Assembly: GCA_021613535.1 (NCBI GenBank)
Contig: CP075497.1
Coordinates: 434,001-498,000, forward strand
Length of the DNA: 64,000 nt
Origin: Adineta vaga
Taxonomy: Eukaryota > Animalia > Rotifera
Direction of reading: 5' to 3'
Below, piece by piece: positions 12,612-25,422 of this stretch (position 1 is its first letter; each line of letters begins with the position of its first letter). Made by a program: the position numbers and the translations under genes. The notes beneath the pieces were generated by a model that was not told the DNA's origin, made no database searches, and was given only the letters and a program-made list of their open reading frames with translations.

Positions 12612-14150
12612 ATGCTTATTCAATTACAAATCATATCCTTAGTTAGTGCTCTGTTATGGACTCAAACATGTATGTATAAAAAGAGAATTCTAGTGATCGA
12701 ATATAGAACTTTCTTCGTATTTATTATACAGTAGCAGGTAAATCTTACTATGTAACAAAATCTGGTAAAGACACTAATATTGGAACAAGTGAAGCAACAG
12801 CGTGGTTGACAATAAAGAAAGCAGCAAATTCAGCAACACCTGGTTCAACTGTTTATATTGGTGTTGGAACTTATTATGAAGCAGTTACAGTAAATGTTCA
12901 AGGAAATGTTCAAGATGGACCAATTACATTCACTAATTTAACACCAAATAAAATACCGATCATATCAGGCAAAGAAACAAAAAAGACATCAGCCGATGGA
13001 ACATTAAATATAATTTATATTCAAGATAAAAGTTATTTACGTTTCATCAATCTCGAATTAACAGAATTGAAAGCAGTAGAATGTAGTGGAGTAAGAATTA
13101 CTGGTGGTGGAACGAATATTGGTAAAGTAAATTCATTTATACATTCTAATCTTTTCAATAGAAATTATTTATATTTGTAGAACTTCGAAATTTACATATT
13201 TACAATATTCGTGGTGGAGGTGAAAATGGTGGTGCAATGGCTATTACTGTTTACAATACAAATCAGAAAACAAGTCGTCGACAAGTAATCATTGATAATT
13301 GTACATTACATGATTGTGAACCAGCATGGAGTGAAGCTTTAACATTTAATGGAAATGTTGAACAAATTCAAGTCACGAACAATAAAGTCTATAATATGAA
13401 TAATATTGGAATTGATTTTATTGGTATGATTTTGAAAATTTAATTTATTAAAAGTTAATTTTTTCATTTGTTTATTAGCTGGAGAAAGTTGGACTGGTAA
13501 ACTTGGAGTTCGAACTGGACAATGTGCTAATAATACTGTATGGAATATACATTCAATTTATGATAGTAGTGCAGCAGGTATCTATGTTGATGGAGCATCA
13601 AATATAACTATAGAATACAATGAAGTTCATCATTCGGATATGGGAATTGAAATCGGAGCAGAAAATAAAGGTCAAATTGCTACAAATATGACTGTAAGAA
13701 ATAATTATCTTCATCATAATGATAAATATGGATTGGCCTTCGGTGGATATGATTCTAAGTAAAATTATTTTGAAATTGATTATTAATTGATAGAAAAAGA
13801 AAATATTTGTTTGTAGACGTGGTCGTGTTACGAATAGTTCATTTACTGATAACCGTTTTGAACAAAACGATAATAATCATACAGGTGGAGGAGAAATTGC
13901 TGTTTCATATGCATCTAGCAATACATTTCTTCGTAATATTGTCAAACCAAATGATCAAAATGTGATTCTTCTAGCAGATGGAAAAGGAGGTTTAACAAAT
14001 GTATTTGATTATCAAAAGTATTATCCAAATGGAAAAGATGCAACACAAAATAATCTTATTTTCTATTGGGGAAATACTGAATGTAATGGATTAACCACAT
14101 TTCAAAAGAAAAGTAAACAAGAAATGCATGCTCAAGTATTTGCGAATTAA
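12612..14150 (+). CDS. Secreted right-handed parallel beta-helix protein (pectin-lyase-like fold, DUF1565-type N-terminus), bacterial-like, intron-containing
   Basis: Signal peptide from ATG 12612, then YYVTKSGKDTNIGT...AWLTIKKAAN..TPGSTVYIGVGTYYE. Repeated beta-helix turns (AGIYVDGASNITIEYNEVHHSDMGIEIGAE). Four short GT-AG introns link the ORF pieces. Confidence 0.85.
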
Positions 14151-15352
14151 AACTTCTTTTTTATTTCATCAATTTATTAAATTAAACAAGCATATCGTTT
14201 TCAAATAACGACATTTTGTATAATGATACATAGTTTTTACGAAAACATTAATGACAATAATAATCTCAGAAATACTTTATTTGAAAAGAAATCAATATAT
14301 TTCATTGGTTCAAGTAAATAGACTTCTAATCAAATGTTCTATGTTCTAATCTGACTCGTCGCACTGTTTAAATGATGTGTACATGACTCAAGAATCATAT
14401 GCAAACGAGTAAAGAATGCCTTGAGTCGTGAGATATCACGGTGAGATGCCGTGGCAGTTTCTTTCTAATTAATAAACATCAACCTGTACTCATCGTTCGT
14501 TATGTCGTATGTTTTGTATTTTTGGAAAACGTATTGAAGCTCACGAATGTCCAGTAAGTCAGTGTAAATGAAGTCCATGTGAAAACGAATCACCATTACT
14601 CAGTAGTTATAATTGTCGATTTGATTCTTGTCCATTCACTAAATCAGTAAATTCAAATATTGCAAAAAATAAACAAAAAACGAATTCTTTTTATTAGTAC
14701 ATAAAAATATGTTTCGTAAACGTAATTAAAAACGTTAATTTGATGACATGACACAGAGTCTAACTATTTTCACGGTTCATTTCCATTCGCAAATTTCACG
14801 AAATACTTTCATTGTTTTTTTCCAAAAACATTTTCACCAAGATAAATCATTCTACTTGTCTAAATACATATAACAAATGCGGAAACCTCGAATTGAAATC
14901 CGAGTGTAGGTAAGAATATCCATTTCAACATACACCGTCACTCTCAAGATGGCAAAATCGCTCAGTATCAACAAATATTTTGCTAGGAATATGCCAAATA
15001 ATAATCAATGAGAAACTTCCGAAATAACTTTTCTACCTATCCTTCCTATTTATTCATTTGCCAAACACTGAGGGGTAGTTCGCAAGAGCTCATAACAAAA
15101 CAAAACATGACATATCGATTGAAGCACTCGTTCGTTATTGCACAAAGATTGACGAATCAATACTGTGTAGCGCAAGTTTTATTGCTATTTGCTTTTTGGT
15201 TTTACTGACAGCATAGTTTTTAGACACAACTTCTTTTTTTAGATTGATTCCTTATCACTACCTGGCTCTATGACAGAAATATTAGAATAATTGAAACACA
15301 AACGAGACAATCCTCCATTAGTACATCAATTTATAATTCAACACATGAAACC

Positions 15353-15460
15353 GAGCGTGGATGTAGATTTTAAAGTAGAAATAGAAGATTTTTAGCGCGA
15401 TACACATCATCACTAACAATATCTGATGCTCCTTTACTTCTCTACACATTCACCCTCAAG
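15353..15460. repeat. Telomere-like palindromic element (degenerate left arm)
   Basis: GAGCGTGGATGTAG ... TACACATTCACCCTCAAG. Confidence 0.55.
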
Positions 15461-15858
15461 ATTTCAATGCATTTTGGTAGATCTCATACAGTAAAATATG
15501 ATATCGTATGTATAATTTTGACATCAGACAAAGAGATAATTTCGATGGTTCTCTGGGAAAGAATACAAATCTTTTAGTATAACATCAGGTGAAAACGTTA
15601 GGAAATGCACCAATTGGATGTACCGAAGGACATCGTGCAACATTAGAAACAATTGAAGATCGAAAATGAATCGAAATCTCTTTGGAAAACCGTTCAAATT
15701 ATTGATTACGTATTGAAACTATACCGTATGGAAAAAAAATGACTGACTATCGATATATTTCATCTTTGATTATATATCTTCTAAAACATAGAAAAGATTT
15801 ATGTTCGATTGATTTATTTTTATTCTGAAATGTATTTAATATTATACGAATTAAAAGT

Positions 15859-16525
15859 TTATTTATAGTACATGAAAAGAACAACAACAACAAGAGAAAC
15901 AAAAATACCAAAATAGATAATAGCAGTAGCAAATGCACAAGTATAAAGTATTGGATGACAGTATGTTAACGCATAAGAATTAGAAAATTGTACACTTAAT
16001 ACTGTAGGAAATACAATAATTCCACCCTAAATATAAAATATTTATAATAATTGAAAAATGAAAATCATAACTAAACTTACAAGTAATATTATAATAAGTA
16101 TCGTAGTACCACAAATAATAATGAATGACGTAACAATGAAAAATGTATTTATATAGTTGCCGATAGATTCGAACAAACGATCTAAATATGATTCTGCTTC
16201 ATTTCGCTCATCACTTGATAAAACACTCTGTTAAATAAAATAAAAAAAAAGATAATTTTTCGTAATTACATATAAGAGATAAAAAAAATAAAGAAGAATT
16301 TCATACCAAACAAAAAACAATAATGAGAATAAATTCTAATATAGCACTGGTAAGAACATAAGGAGAAATAAATGATCCAATTGAACATTGATTAAAATAG
16401 ATAATTCCAATAAATAATTTTACTATTGGAATAAACAAAATTAGAACAAAAACTACAACAGATATGATATCAGAAGAAGTCATTGTTTCAAATGAGTTCC
16501 TTTCCATAGATCTTTTCGTTGGCAT
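15859..16525 (-). CDS. Small four-TM protein, TMEM272-like
   Basis: Three exons with hydrophobic helices and motifs IGIIYFNQC...PY and YCHPILYTCAF. Stop TAA at 15859-15861. Confidence 0.6.
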
Positions 16526-16984
16526 TGATTTAAATATTGATTGTTTGTTATTTAAATACGTAACACAAATCGTATTAACAGTAGATATTTTTACAAACGT
16601 TTTATAGTTTTATATACAAAATAAAATGAATCATAATGAGAAATGAAATCATGTTTTTTTTAATCTTATCAAAATGCAAACATGTAGTTCATTCGATTTT
16701 GTAGATTTAAAATGATTCACAAAATGTTAATATTTGATTTGTATCAGTTTTCAAAAGAAAAAACCAACCATATATTAAAAATCGATATGCGTATTATATT
16801 TTCTTCTGTTAAAGTTTCTGAAAGTGTGACTCGTCTCGTGTATTGATTAAAGAAATGCACATGTGTCCTTGCAATTGCGTTTATAATTTTTTATGTAAAT
16901 TATCGTTAGATGATATGATTAATCGCAACAAATTTTTCGATGGTATCATCAATTTAAATAAATATTCAATAAAACATAATGTAA

Positions 16985-17041
16985 TTGAGGGTGTGGGTGT
17001 GAAGGTTTCTCTGTTATATGCAGATCCACAATCATTCTCAA
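16985..17041. repeat. Telomere-like palindromic element
   Basis: TTGAGGGTGTGGGTGTGA ... CCACAATCATTCTCAA. Confidence 0.75.
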
Positions 17042-17139
17042 AATTTTTTTGTCATTTGAAATTTCGGTTTCCAATTAAATATAAATTTCAAGATTGATCT
17101 GTATGCAGAAATTATACCGAATGCTTGAGATAATTTCAG

Positions 17140-17390
17140 AATGAGAAAGAGGAGAAGAATTGGCTCGATTTGCTTGTACAGGTATATACGATTTTGTTGA
17201 AGAAAATTTAGGGAAATCCAAATCTTATTTTGAAGATTATGCTTGTTATCTTAATAGAGATGATAATCAAAGTAAAGTGGAATCTGAAGAAAATATTTCA
17301 GTTGAAGTTGAAGTTGATGACGAAGTAGATTCAAAAGAATCATTAAGAATGAGTTCACAGAATGGATTTAAAAGTTTTCAAAGATCATAA
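17140..17390 (+). pseudogene. Orphan terminal exon with an acidic C-terminus; host gene unknown
   Basis: Open frame after a TTTCAG acceptor. No 5' part is visible between the repeat at 17041 and this exon. Confidence 0.35.
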
Positions 17391-18048
17391 ATAGTTTTTC
17401 TAAGCACATGAGCGTTCAAATAAATTAATGTCTTTCATCGATTGATTCAATTATTACAAGAAAGATACCTTCTAAAAATAGATTCTTTTGTTTTATAATA
17501 ATTATATTTTTTGATGGATTCTGTTCAATTTTTTCTTTTATTATTAATTCTTGAGAAAATAGTGTATATGAATGGAATAAACAATAAATCGCTATACGTT
17601 TAAATCCTACATATAGTAGTCGGAAAAACAAAGAAAACGTGTTCTTTTATGAGGAATCAGCATGTATATCTGCAAAAATTTAAGAAAAAGAAATATATAA
17701 ATTTTCTCGATCACGTGTAAATGTCCTGCGCTTTCTACAATTTAAACGAGAATAAGACCAGATTATGATTTGATTCCGTAATAGAGATATATTTAATTAT
17801 GTCGTTGTTTTCTATGTTTTATACAAGTTTTAGAGGAATAATGAAACTTGCAACGTCGTTTTTGATAAAGCTGCTTTCGTTCACTCGATGTAACATTAGC
17901 TATATCGTGCTGTGATAGCAGCAGTGAATATGAATTGTAAATATCTTATTAATTTAACATTATTTTTTTGGTTCGAAAAATACAAACAAAAATACAGTCG
18001 TTTATCAATACTTGAGCGAGTGCTTGATCGAGTAGATCATAATTTAAA

Positions 18049-18101
18049 TGAAGATGTGGGTGGGTGAGTGAGGGTACAGAAAAGATACACACATCCTCAA
18101 G
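18049..18101. repeat. Telomere-like palindromic element
   Basis: TGAAGATGTGGGTGGGTGAGTGAGGGT ... ACACACATCCTCAAG. Confidence 0.7.
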
Positions 18102-18146
18102 AATTCGAAATCGAATTGTTCGAGAGTATAAGATAAAGACATCTGT

Positions 18147-18608
18147 TTATTCGGTTATTCTCTCTATAATTTTATGAGTATTTCCCAAATAAATTTCAAA
18201 ATTTTCTGTTTTATGTTCTTCTTCGTAAGTACTTTTCCCTGTAGAACACCCATCAAATAAGAATGATTCCATAGTATATGTATACCGCATAGTTCCTGTT
18301 CCTTTTTCATATTCAATACAAGCTCTGTACTTCTCTGGAATTGTTATTGTCACAGATTCTTCATGTGATATTGATGATGCAATATTGTATTCAATACCAA
18401 ACGCTTTACACAGTGCATTTATTGGTAACTCGACGTTAGTAGATATTCCAAAAGACTTGCTACGGCCAACTGTATAACTTATGCTCCTTGTGTCATCACC
18501 AGGTCCAGGATTTCTATGCCATGGCGTTCTTAATGTGTGAACTTGCTTATCAATAACTTTGACTTTGGTCAGTTCTTTTTTTCTTTTAACCATTCCAAAG
18601 TCGTCCAT
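18147..18608 (-). CDS. Small beta-rich protein resembling the aerolysin/ETX-MTX2 pore-forming core
   Basis: Intronless 153 aa. Ser/Thr-rich alternating segment SISYTVGRSKSFGISTNVE...FGIEYNIASSISHEESVTITIP. Confidence 0.5.
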   Translation of the reverse strand: MDDFGMVKRKKELTKVKVIDKQVHTLRTPWHRNPGPGDDTRSISYTVGRSKSFGISTNVELPINALCKAFGIEYNIASSISHEESVTITIPEKYRACIEYEKGTGTMRYTYTMESFLFDGCSTGKSTYEEEHKTENFEIYLGNTHKIIERITE

Positions 18609-18709
18609 CTCTCGATATAAGACTAATGTAAAAAAAGAACACTTTTACAACTCTTTTATCTTGTGCGTGATCAAAATAAAAGAAAAAGAATTAGTGTAAT
18701 GAGAATACT

Positions 18710-18784
18710 TCCTATTCCGCGATGTTACACATTCCGGGGATGGGTGGGAACTGATTCCGGAATGTTCAACATCGCGGAATAGGA
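18710..18784. other. GC-rich hairpin / inverted repeat
   Basis: TCCTATTCCGCGATGTT and AACATCGCGGAATAGGA form a perfect 17-bp stem, extended by ACATTCCGG / CCGGAATGT. Confidence 0.85.
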
Positions 18785-19353
18785 TGACTGCTCGAATAAG
18801 CTAACTTGATTTTCATAGATGATGATCTGTTCGTTTGGAAACTCTTCTTATTTCTCTTTTTTACATTTATAATTTGAATAGATGCTATTTGTGTTCCTAC
18901 AGAAATTTTTTTAAATAAATATCGTTGATTATACATGCTGTCCAAAAGAAACTGCACTTGTAGCAATGTATCAAAACAAATAGATTAATTCTTAATGATC
19001 ATAACTACGTTGTCAATTTTAATATCTCTTTAAATGCATGTGATATAGTCAAATGTTTCATATTTCATAAATTAACTATCTTTTGTATGTGAATTTTCCA
19101 TTTGAATATGTGTCAGTGACTTAGTATTACAAAAATATAACATCTTCAGGATGTGGAGAGTTGTGGATATGTTAAGTGTACATGATGAGCTAACGTTCAA
19201 CCCACAACCATTTCTATTTGTTCATCTAGTGATGGTGAAGCCTTAGTCGATGTTGATGTTCCTGAACTGTGTGACTGCGATGAAAGATCCACTACAGCAA
19301 GTTGAATAATTTTTTTTGATAAATGTTTACATAATCTTTTATCTTAATACATT

Positions 19354-19602
19354 TTGCTAGATATTAAAGAAATTTTGCATAATCCTATTTTATCATTGCC
19401 TTGGATTCAAGACAGCAAATGTTCGGGCACATTTCAGTTTTGGAAATCAACTAGAGCGTTTGTCATTGATGCAATTAATAAAAATGGAACAGTTCTTGAC
19501 ATTGGCTGTGCTAATGGATTCTTGTTGGCTTGTTTGACTGAATGGCTACAAGAAAAGTCCATAACTATTGTTCCTTATGGTATTGAATGTGATCCATCTT
19601 GA
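19354..19602 (+). pseudogene. Class I SAM-dependent methyltransferase, 3'-truncated
   Basis: Motif I VLDIGCANGFLL and the post-I strand VPYGIE. The frame stops inside the repeat arm at 19598, before the rest of the fold. Confidence 0.7.
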
Positions 19603-19657
19603 GGGTGTGGGTGTGGGTGAAGATGCCGTAAGAACAAATCACACTCACACCCTCGTG
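19598..19657. repeat. Telomere-like palindromic element
   Basis: CTTGAGGGTGTGGGTGTGGGTG ... CACACTCACACCCTCGTG. Confidence 0.9.
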
Positions 19658-20031
19658 AAAACTTAAGATGATGTCGATATACCAAAGCAAATTGTAATTA
19701 CAAGTATTCTACGCATGCTGTTAAATGACAGATTATTGATCGATTCTTCAGGTATTTATTCATGATATTTTTATCATACAGGTGACTAAATAGAAACGTG
19801 GGATGTTTATATAATACGTAGGCTTCTTTTGATTTTGTATTGTTTTGATTTATTTATAGAAAAAAATAAATCCTATGTGGGTGAAAAAGTTGAGAACGTA
19901 GTTTCTTGTGGAGAAAAAATATTGCACATGAAAATGACGTCAATAGTAATAATGTTGAATAGCAAAACGTTAATATAAATACCAGTTGTACATTTGAGAC
20001 ATTATGGACTCACAACGTCAAATTATACATA

Positions 20032-20456
20032 ATGCGTTCATTATTCATATTAGCTATTTGTGTTGGTGTATTAGTATCATGGTATAACGTTATTTCGATT
20101 ATTTTCAAAATATGTGTTTTGATTTTAGTATTCATGCTGTAGGTAATTGTAGATGCCAAGATAATCGTGGGCAATACACTGAGATAACAAGAATTTGTTG
20201 CCTAGAACAACAGGTAACGCGTGATGTTGGAGTAGTATTTATGGGTCCAAATAATCAAGTATGTTGAAATTTAACAAAATACTCGTTCTAATTATTAATT
20301 GATTGATTCATGTGTATTCGTTATCTTACAGCATTTTTTTACAAATATCTTTTTTTCTTTTATATTTAGTGTATGAATCCAATGAATCGTCTCGACAGTG
20401 GTGCTTTTGAACGGTGTTGCAAAACATTGGCCGTTGGCGGTGCGTCTTGTTGGTGA
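20032..20456 (+). CDS. Small secreted cysteine-rich protein (88 aa, 3 exons; not in the ORF track)
   Basis: Exons 20032-20081, 20129-20258 and 20370-20456 with GT-AG introns give MRSLFILAICVGVLVSCIHAVGNCRCQDNRGQYTEITRICCLEQQVTRDVGVVFMGPNNQCMNPMNRLDSGAFERCCKTLAVGGASCW*. Confidence 0.8.
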
Positions 20457-20787
20457 ACATTTATAAATTTTTATATAAATTATTCGAAATTGCTTCAAAT
20501 ACTAAAGTTTACTTCTGTTTTTTTTCATCTTTCTATAAATAAAATTTCCTTTAACAGAAAACCGAAAGTCATTTTTCTATGATTTTACAAATACAGTGCA
20601 ATTATTTGTTTTCTTTTCCATTTTGATGAATATACAATTTATGTATTTTTGAAGATAATATGTGTCCAGAGAAGAGGTTATGCGAAAATTATAAGCCTCT
20701 TTCTATCTTGATGAAGAAAATTTAATTTGCGTTTTTAAGACACTTATGTTAGTTCAGTATATATATTCGTTAGATAAGCAAATACAT

Positions 20788-20837
20788 AGGTGTGGGTGTG
20801 GCCTCAGAAAATACTAACAGTACACCCACACCCTCGA
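20788..20837. repeat. Telomere-like palindromic element
   Basis: AGGTGTGGGTGTGG ... TACACCCACACCCTCGA. Confidence 0.85.
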
Positions 20838-20915
20838 AAAATAAAAATATTTTGTTGAAGTCTAATTAACAGTAATCAAAGTAGATTAATAATGTCAATA
20901 ATAAAAATTTGAAAA

Positions 20916-22495
20916 CTACAATAATTCATACATCATTACTTTCCCATCGTCTAAGAATGCATACATATTCATATGTGAATCAAATGCAATATCGACTGGT
21001 TTATCACTCGTTGTTATAGCAACGTTGCCAATCGTTGAATTAATACAATACATTACTATTCGTTTATTTTCCGTGTCTGCAACATATAAATTCCCTTGAG
21101 GATCTAGTTTCATGCCTCTTGGGCGTCTGAGTGTTGATGAGCCACTGGCAACATTGGTATAAGTTACAGTTGGCATTGAAGCTCCAAAAGTCCATAAAAA
21201 CACTTTCGTACCATCTTCGTCGCTCATATATATTTGATTTGGTGTACCATGTGGAAGTAATAGTGCAGATAAACTTCCTAAAAGACCGCCAGTATTAATA
21301 ACAGTGATCAGATTCGATGCATTTGGAGCCAATCGTACTACTGTGTCGGCACCTTGATCCGCAATATAAAGATTCAAGCTATCATCAATAGCAATACCAA
21401 ACGGATCATTTAGAGTACCACTAACGTTCGAGCCGATTCCAGCAACAATGTTTCCGTTGGAAGAGCCTGGTGCATAGCTACGTACTCGAACGTACTGGTG
21501 ATCGTTTGTATACATATATCCATTTTTATCAAATATGATATAATCAATATGATCGCCATAATTTACTGTTACCGCATTTATATTTGTTTCGTTAGTTGGA
21601 CACATTAGTACTTGTCCAATCTGATGACCACTAAGATAGATGATGTCACTCGAATCTATAGAAATACTTGTAGGATTTATTACACCGTTTGAACGAGTAC
21701 AGGCAACAGTGATGCCGGTTGTATTCCAACAGTAATTTGTACCTTAGAGAATCAATGTATTAGACATATATAACTAAGACTATTAGAAATATTTACATGA
21801 AGTGCATCCAGTCGTAGTAGTCGTTGTACTAGCAGTACTTGTTGTTGTTGTTGTTACTGACGTCGACGTTGTTAGAGTACTTGTTGTTGTCACTGATGTT
21901 GTTGTGCTAACAGTACTTGTTGTCGTTGTTGATGTTGATTTTGATACACTAGTGACTGATGTGGTTGTCGTTTGTGTTGATGTTGTAGTGGTAGTAGTGA
22001 TGGATGAAGTTATTGCTTATTTTATTAGATAAAGATATTCATTCGATACTATATAAATCTCTTTTTCTTTTAATATTTTACTTACTTGCTGGCTGTACGT
22101 TCGTATTCTGATTATTTTCGGATTTTATTGCTATAGATTAATATTTCGAAAAAAAAAGTAATCGAGATTATATTTCATAGTTACATCCTTACTTGACATT
22201 GGTTTCAACCACAGTGTTAAGATAACAGCTAAACCAATACTTGCAACTAACGCACCAATTAATAAACCAACTAAACATGCTTTACACTCAAAACAATATA
22301 ACATATAACCTGCTGTACGTCTGAATAGATTAATAATTAATAAGAAAACATAGTATATATTGGTTTATATCATACTGTCTATCTGTATATTGATCATCAT
22401 CATCATCATCATCATTCCGAGCATAGATTGGTTGTTGTTTCAATGTCTAAAATAATTACATCTTAACTAGTACCATTCATAATGTAACTCACCAT
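20916..22495 (-). CDS. Type II membrane protein: TM, Thr/Ser-rich stalk, NHL-repeat beta-propeller
   Basis: Multi-exon. TM segment CLVGLLIGALVASIGLAVIL, poly-Thr exon at about 21800-22015, NHL motifs (LNDPFGIAID..NLYIAD; PRGMKLDPQGNLYVAD). Confidence 0.8.
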
Positions 22496-23099
22496 TTGAT
22501 AAAAATGAAAGTCTGGATTTATACCTTTCTAGTACGAATTTTATTTCAATCTAATATAAATTTGTATTTGACAATGCTTTTTTTAGTCATCATTTGTTTT
22601 AAGAACTCGAACAGTCCACAAACAAATGTTTTTTTTTCTCTCAAAATATACAAATTCATTTTAATAATTGAAATTTTCTTTCTTTTTTTTCTCGTTAACA
22701 ATAACCTATATCTCAATCAGGTTTCCAACTAGCACTTTGTATTTCATTTCCATACTGAATATTCAATACAACAATACTTGTAATTGAAAGTTTTCTTTGA
22801 TAAATTAAATGAAGGGTTTGAAAAAAATCTTATTACTTATTATTTCGAAAAAAAAGGTAACAACTACTATTTTCAACAAATAAAAGTCGAATACTCAGGT
22901 ATACTTAACTAATTTAAATGTTTAATTAACATCAGATATGGATACAACAATAGAGTAAAGTCGTAACTAGTGATAAAAAAGACATTCTACGATTTTCTTT
23001 TATACAAAAAATTATTTTGAATTATATTCATATCGAATTGAAAGTTTATCCATATCAAGATATATATTTTGAGAAAAATACAAATATTTACAAGCTTGG

Positions 23100-23147
23100 T
23101 TGAGAGTGTGGATATCCATCTTATTCTTACTCACACTCATCCTCAAA
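23100..23147. repeat. Telomere-like palindromic element
   Basis: TTGAGAGTGTGGAT ... CTCACACTCATCCTCAAA. Confidence 0.7.
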
Positions 23148-23202
23148 ATTTTTATTCTTTTATAAAAATAAAACAAGTTCTCACTCTATCAAATCTTTTA
23201 TT

Positions 23203-24729
23203 TTAATTTATTTCAAATTTTTGTATTCGATTATTTCCACAATCAGCTACATAAAGATTATATTCTCGATCAAATAACAAACCAAAAGGATTATTCAATT
23301 GATCTGATTGTTCTCCTTTTCCATTTTCCCCAACAATAATAGTTCCTTCTTTTGAACCTTCAAACCAACACATTATTCGATGATTGTCTGTGTCTGCTAC
23401 ATATATTTGACCAATTTGATCGAGAATTACTCCACGAGGATAAGACAATTGTCTTAAACTTTCTCCTTGACCATTTCCACCAGCAACAATAATTCCTTCT
23501 TTAGCATCTTTGATCCATTTCATGATACGATGATTGTAACAATCTGATATATATAATGAACAATCTTGATCAATGAAAATAAAAGTAGGTTCATTTAATT
23601 GATTCAAATTATTTCCTCTTCCATTTCCACCTGCTACAATTATTCCATTATTATCTCCTATTTTCCATCGTCTTACTTCGTGTTTTTCAGTATCAGAAAC
23701 ATAAAGATATCCATTGTTATCCATTGTTATTCCATAACAATCAATATTTTCAATGATAATTTGTCCATTTATATTATTATCACAAGGCCATTGTACTATT
23801 CTTCTGTTGTGTCTATCAGCGATAATAAAAAATTTATTTTGTTTATCAATTAACACATCTATTGGATGACTCAGTTGATTAATTTTATTTCCTCGTTCAT
23901 TTCCACCTAGAATAATTTGACCACTATTTGCATTATATTTCCATTCTACAATACGATGATTCGAATAATCAGCTATATAAATGCTTTCATTATTATCAAT
24001 AAATATTCCAGATGGATTAGACAATTGATTTAGTTTTTTTCCTTGATAGTTTCCTCCAGCAATACTAGTTCCATATTTGTCCCAACTATTGTCTAAAAAA
24101 ATGAAAGGTATTTCTAGATTTGGATCATTTTCTCGTAATATCTAATGAAACTTATGTCAAACAAACGTTTACGAAGTCTCTTACGATATTGACTTAGATA
24201 AATATCACGTACTACGTGGTATAATAACCGATATTTTGTTTATAAATGATGTAAAATTTTGTTCAATTGAAACATTGAATGGTTTGTTAAATTCATTTGA
24301 TAATTTTATTAATGTTTCTTTGAGTCGATTTAAATGAATTTCATTAACATTATTTTCTTGATGAATTTGTTTTAATTCTTCAGTTAATTTAACTAATTTA
24401 TTTTCAATATGAATAATATGTTTATTGGTATAATTAATTAATTTTCGTCGACATTCATCTGCTGTTTGTTTGATTCTATAGATTGAATCTTCTTCCCATT
24501 CATTGATTTGTTGTATCAATGGACGTTTTCTTGCATCATCTTTTTGATCGACTAGTGTTTGTAAAAATAAATTACAATCATCTTTTATTTTATCCAGTTG
24601 TTGATTCATTTTTTCATGATGTTGTGTTAAATGTTTGAAACAAAAATGTTCTGAACATCCTTTACATTCATCTATGTTTGTTTCTTCACTACATATAAGA
24701 CATTGTACTTTATCAGGTACTGCGCCCAT
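23203..24729 (-). CDS. B-box-like Zn finger / coiled-coil / NHL-repeat protein (TRIM-NHL-like)
   Basis: Exon 1 has CxxC...CxGC...FC..HL..H and a coiled coil. Exon 2 has tandem NHL repeats (QLNxPxG..D...YVAD..NHRI). Confidence 0.88.
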
Positions 24730-24925
24730 TTGTTAAATAATTTAGAAAAGTAGAAAAAAGCACACACACATGTGTCGAAAGAGATAGAAAAAAATAAAAT
24801 GAGTCAATGTGAATAAAAGAATGAAAAATATTTCTTTTTATATATTCTTTTCGTTCTTGGTACTTTCTTGCGTTCTGTCCCAATAACGACAATGGTGAGT
24901 TTAGATGAATAATGTCAATACAACT

Positions 24926-25017
24926 ATCTTGAGAGTATGGATGGAGGGGTGTGGGTGTAGGTAATATATTAACACATGAGTCTCACCCACCCACATTTAC
25001 ACCCACACCCTCAAGAT
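24926..25017. repeat. Telomere-like palindromic element (longest well-formed copy)
   Basis: ATCTTGAGAGT...GGGTGTGGGTGTAGG ... CTCACCCACCCACATTTACACCCACACCCTCAAGAT. Confidence 0.9.
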
Positions 25018-25422
25018 TTTCGTCTCATAACAGACAGATCTTTGTATCATCACTCTCAAATATGTAGGAAATCTAAAATTGATTATGCGAATATTTCATG
25101 CCGATTAAAATTTGAGTTTGGCATGTTAAAATCGAGTAGAATATAATTGATAACAGAAACATAGAACACCTATCATTTTCTACCATAAAACTTTCCATGA
25201 TAATTATATTCACATACGTTATTACAGTAAGATAAATTCTGGCGTATGTGGAATAATGAATAATGGTATAGTGCAGGAATAAATAAGTTTGTTCAATATA
25301 TACACCATACATTTTTATAAACGTTTTCCTTCCGCTCACATAGTGAGAGAGAGAAAATAAAAAATGAGATCTGATAAATTACTGCACAATACATTTATAT
25401 TCCATTTGTGAAGATATAAATA

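Noticed and set aside
14382-14430. Small hairpin CATGACTCAAG ... CTTGAGTCGTG containing the CTTGAG core
   Set aside because: Opposite arm order and no GT-rich tract, so it is not counted as a member of the palindrome family.
21802-22032. Poly-Val ORF on the + strand
   Set aside because: It is the antisense shadow of the Thr/Ser-rich stalk exon of the minus-strand NHL gene.
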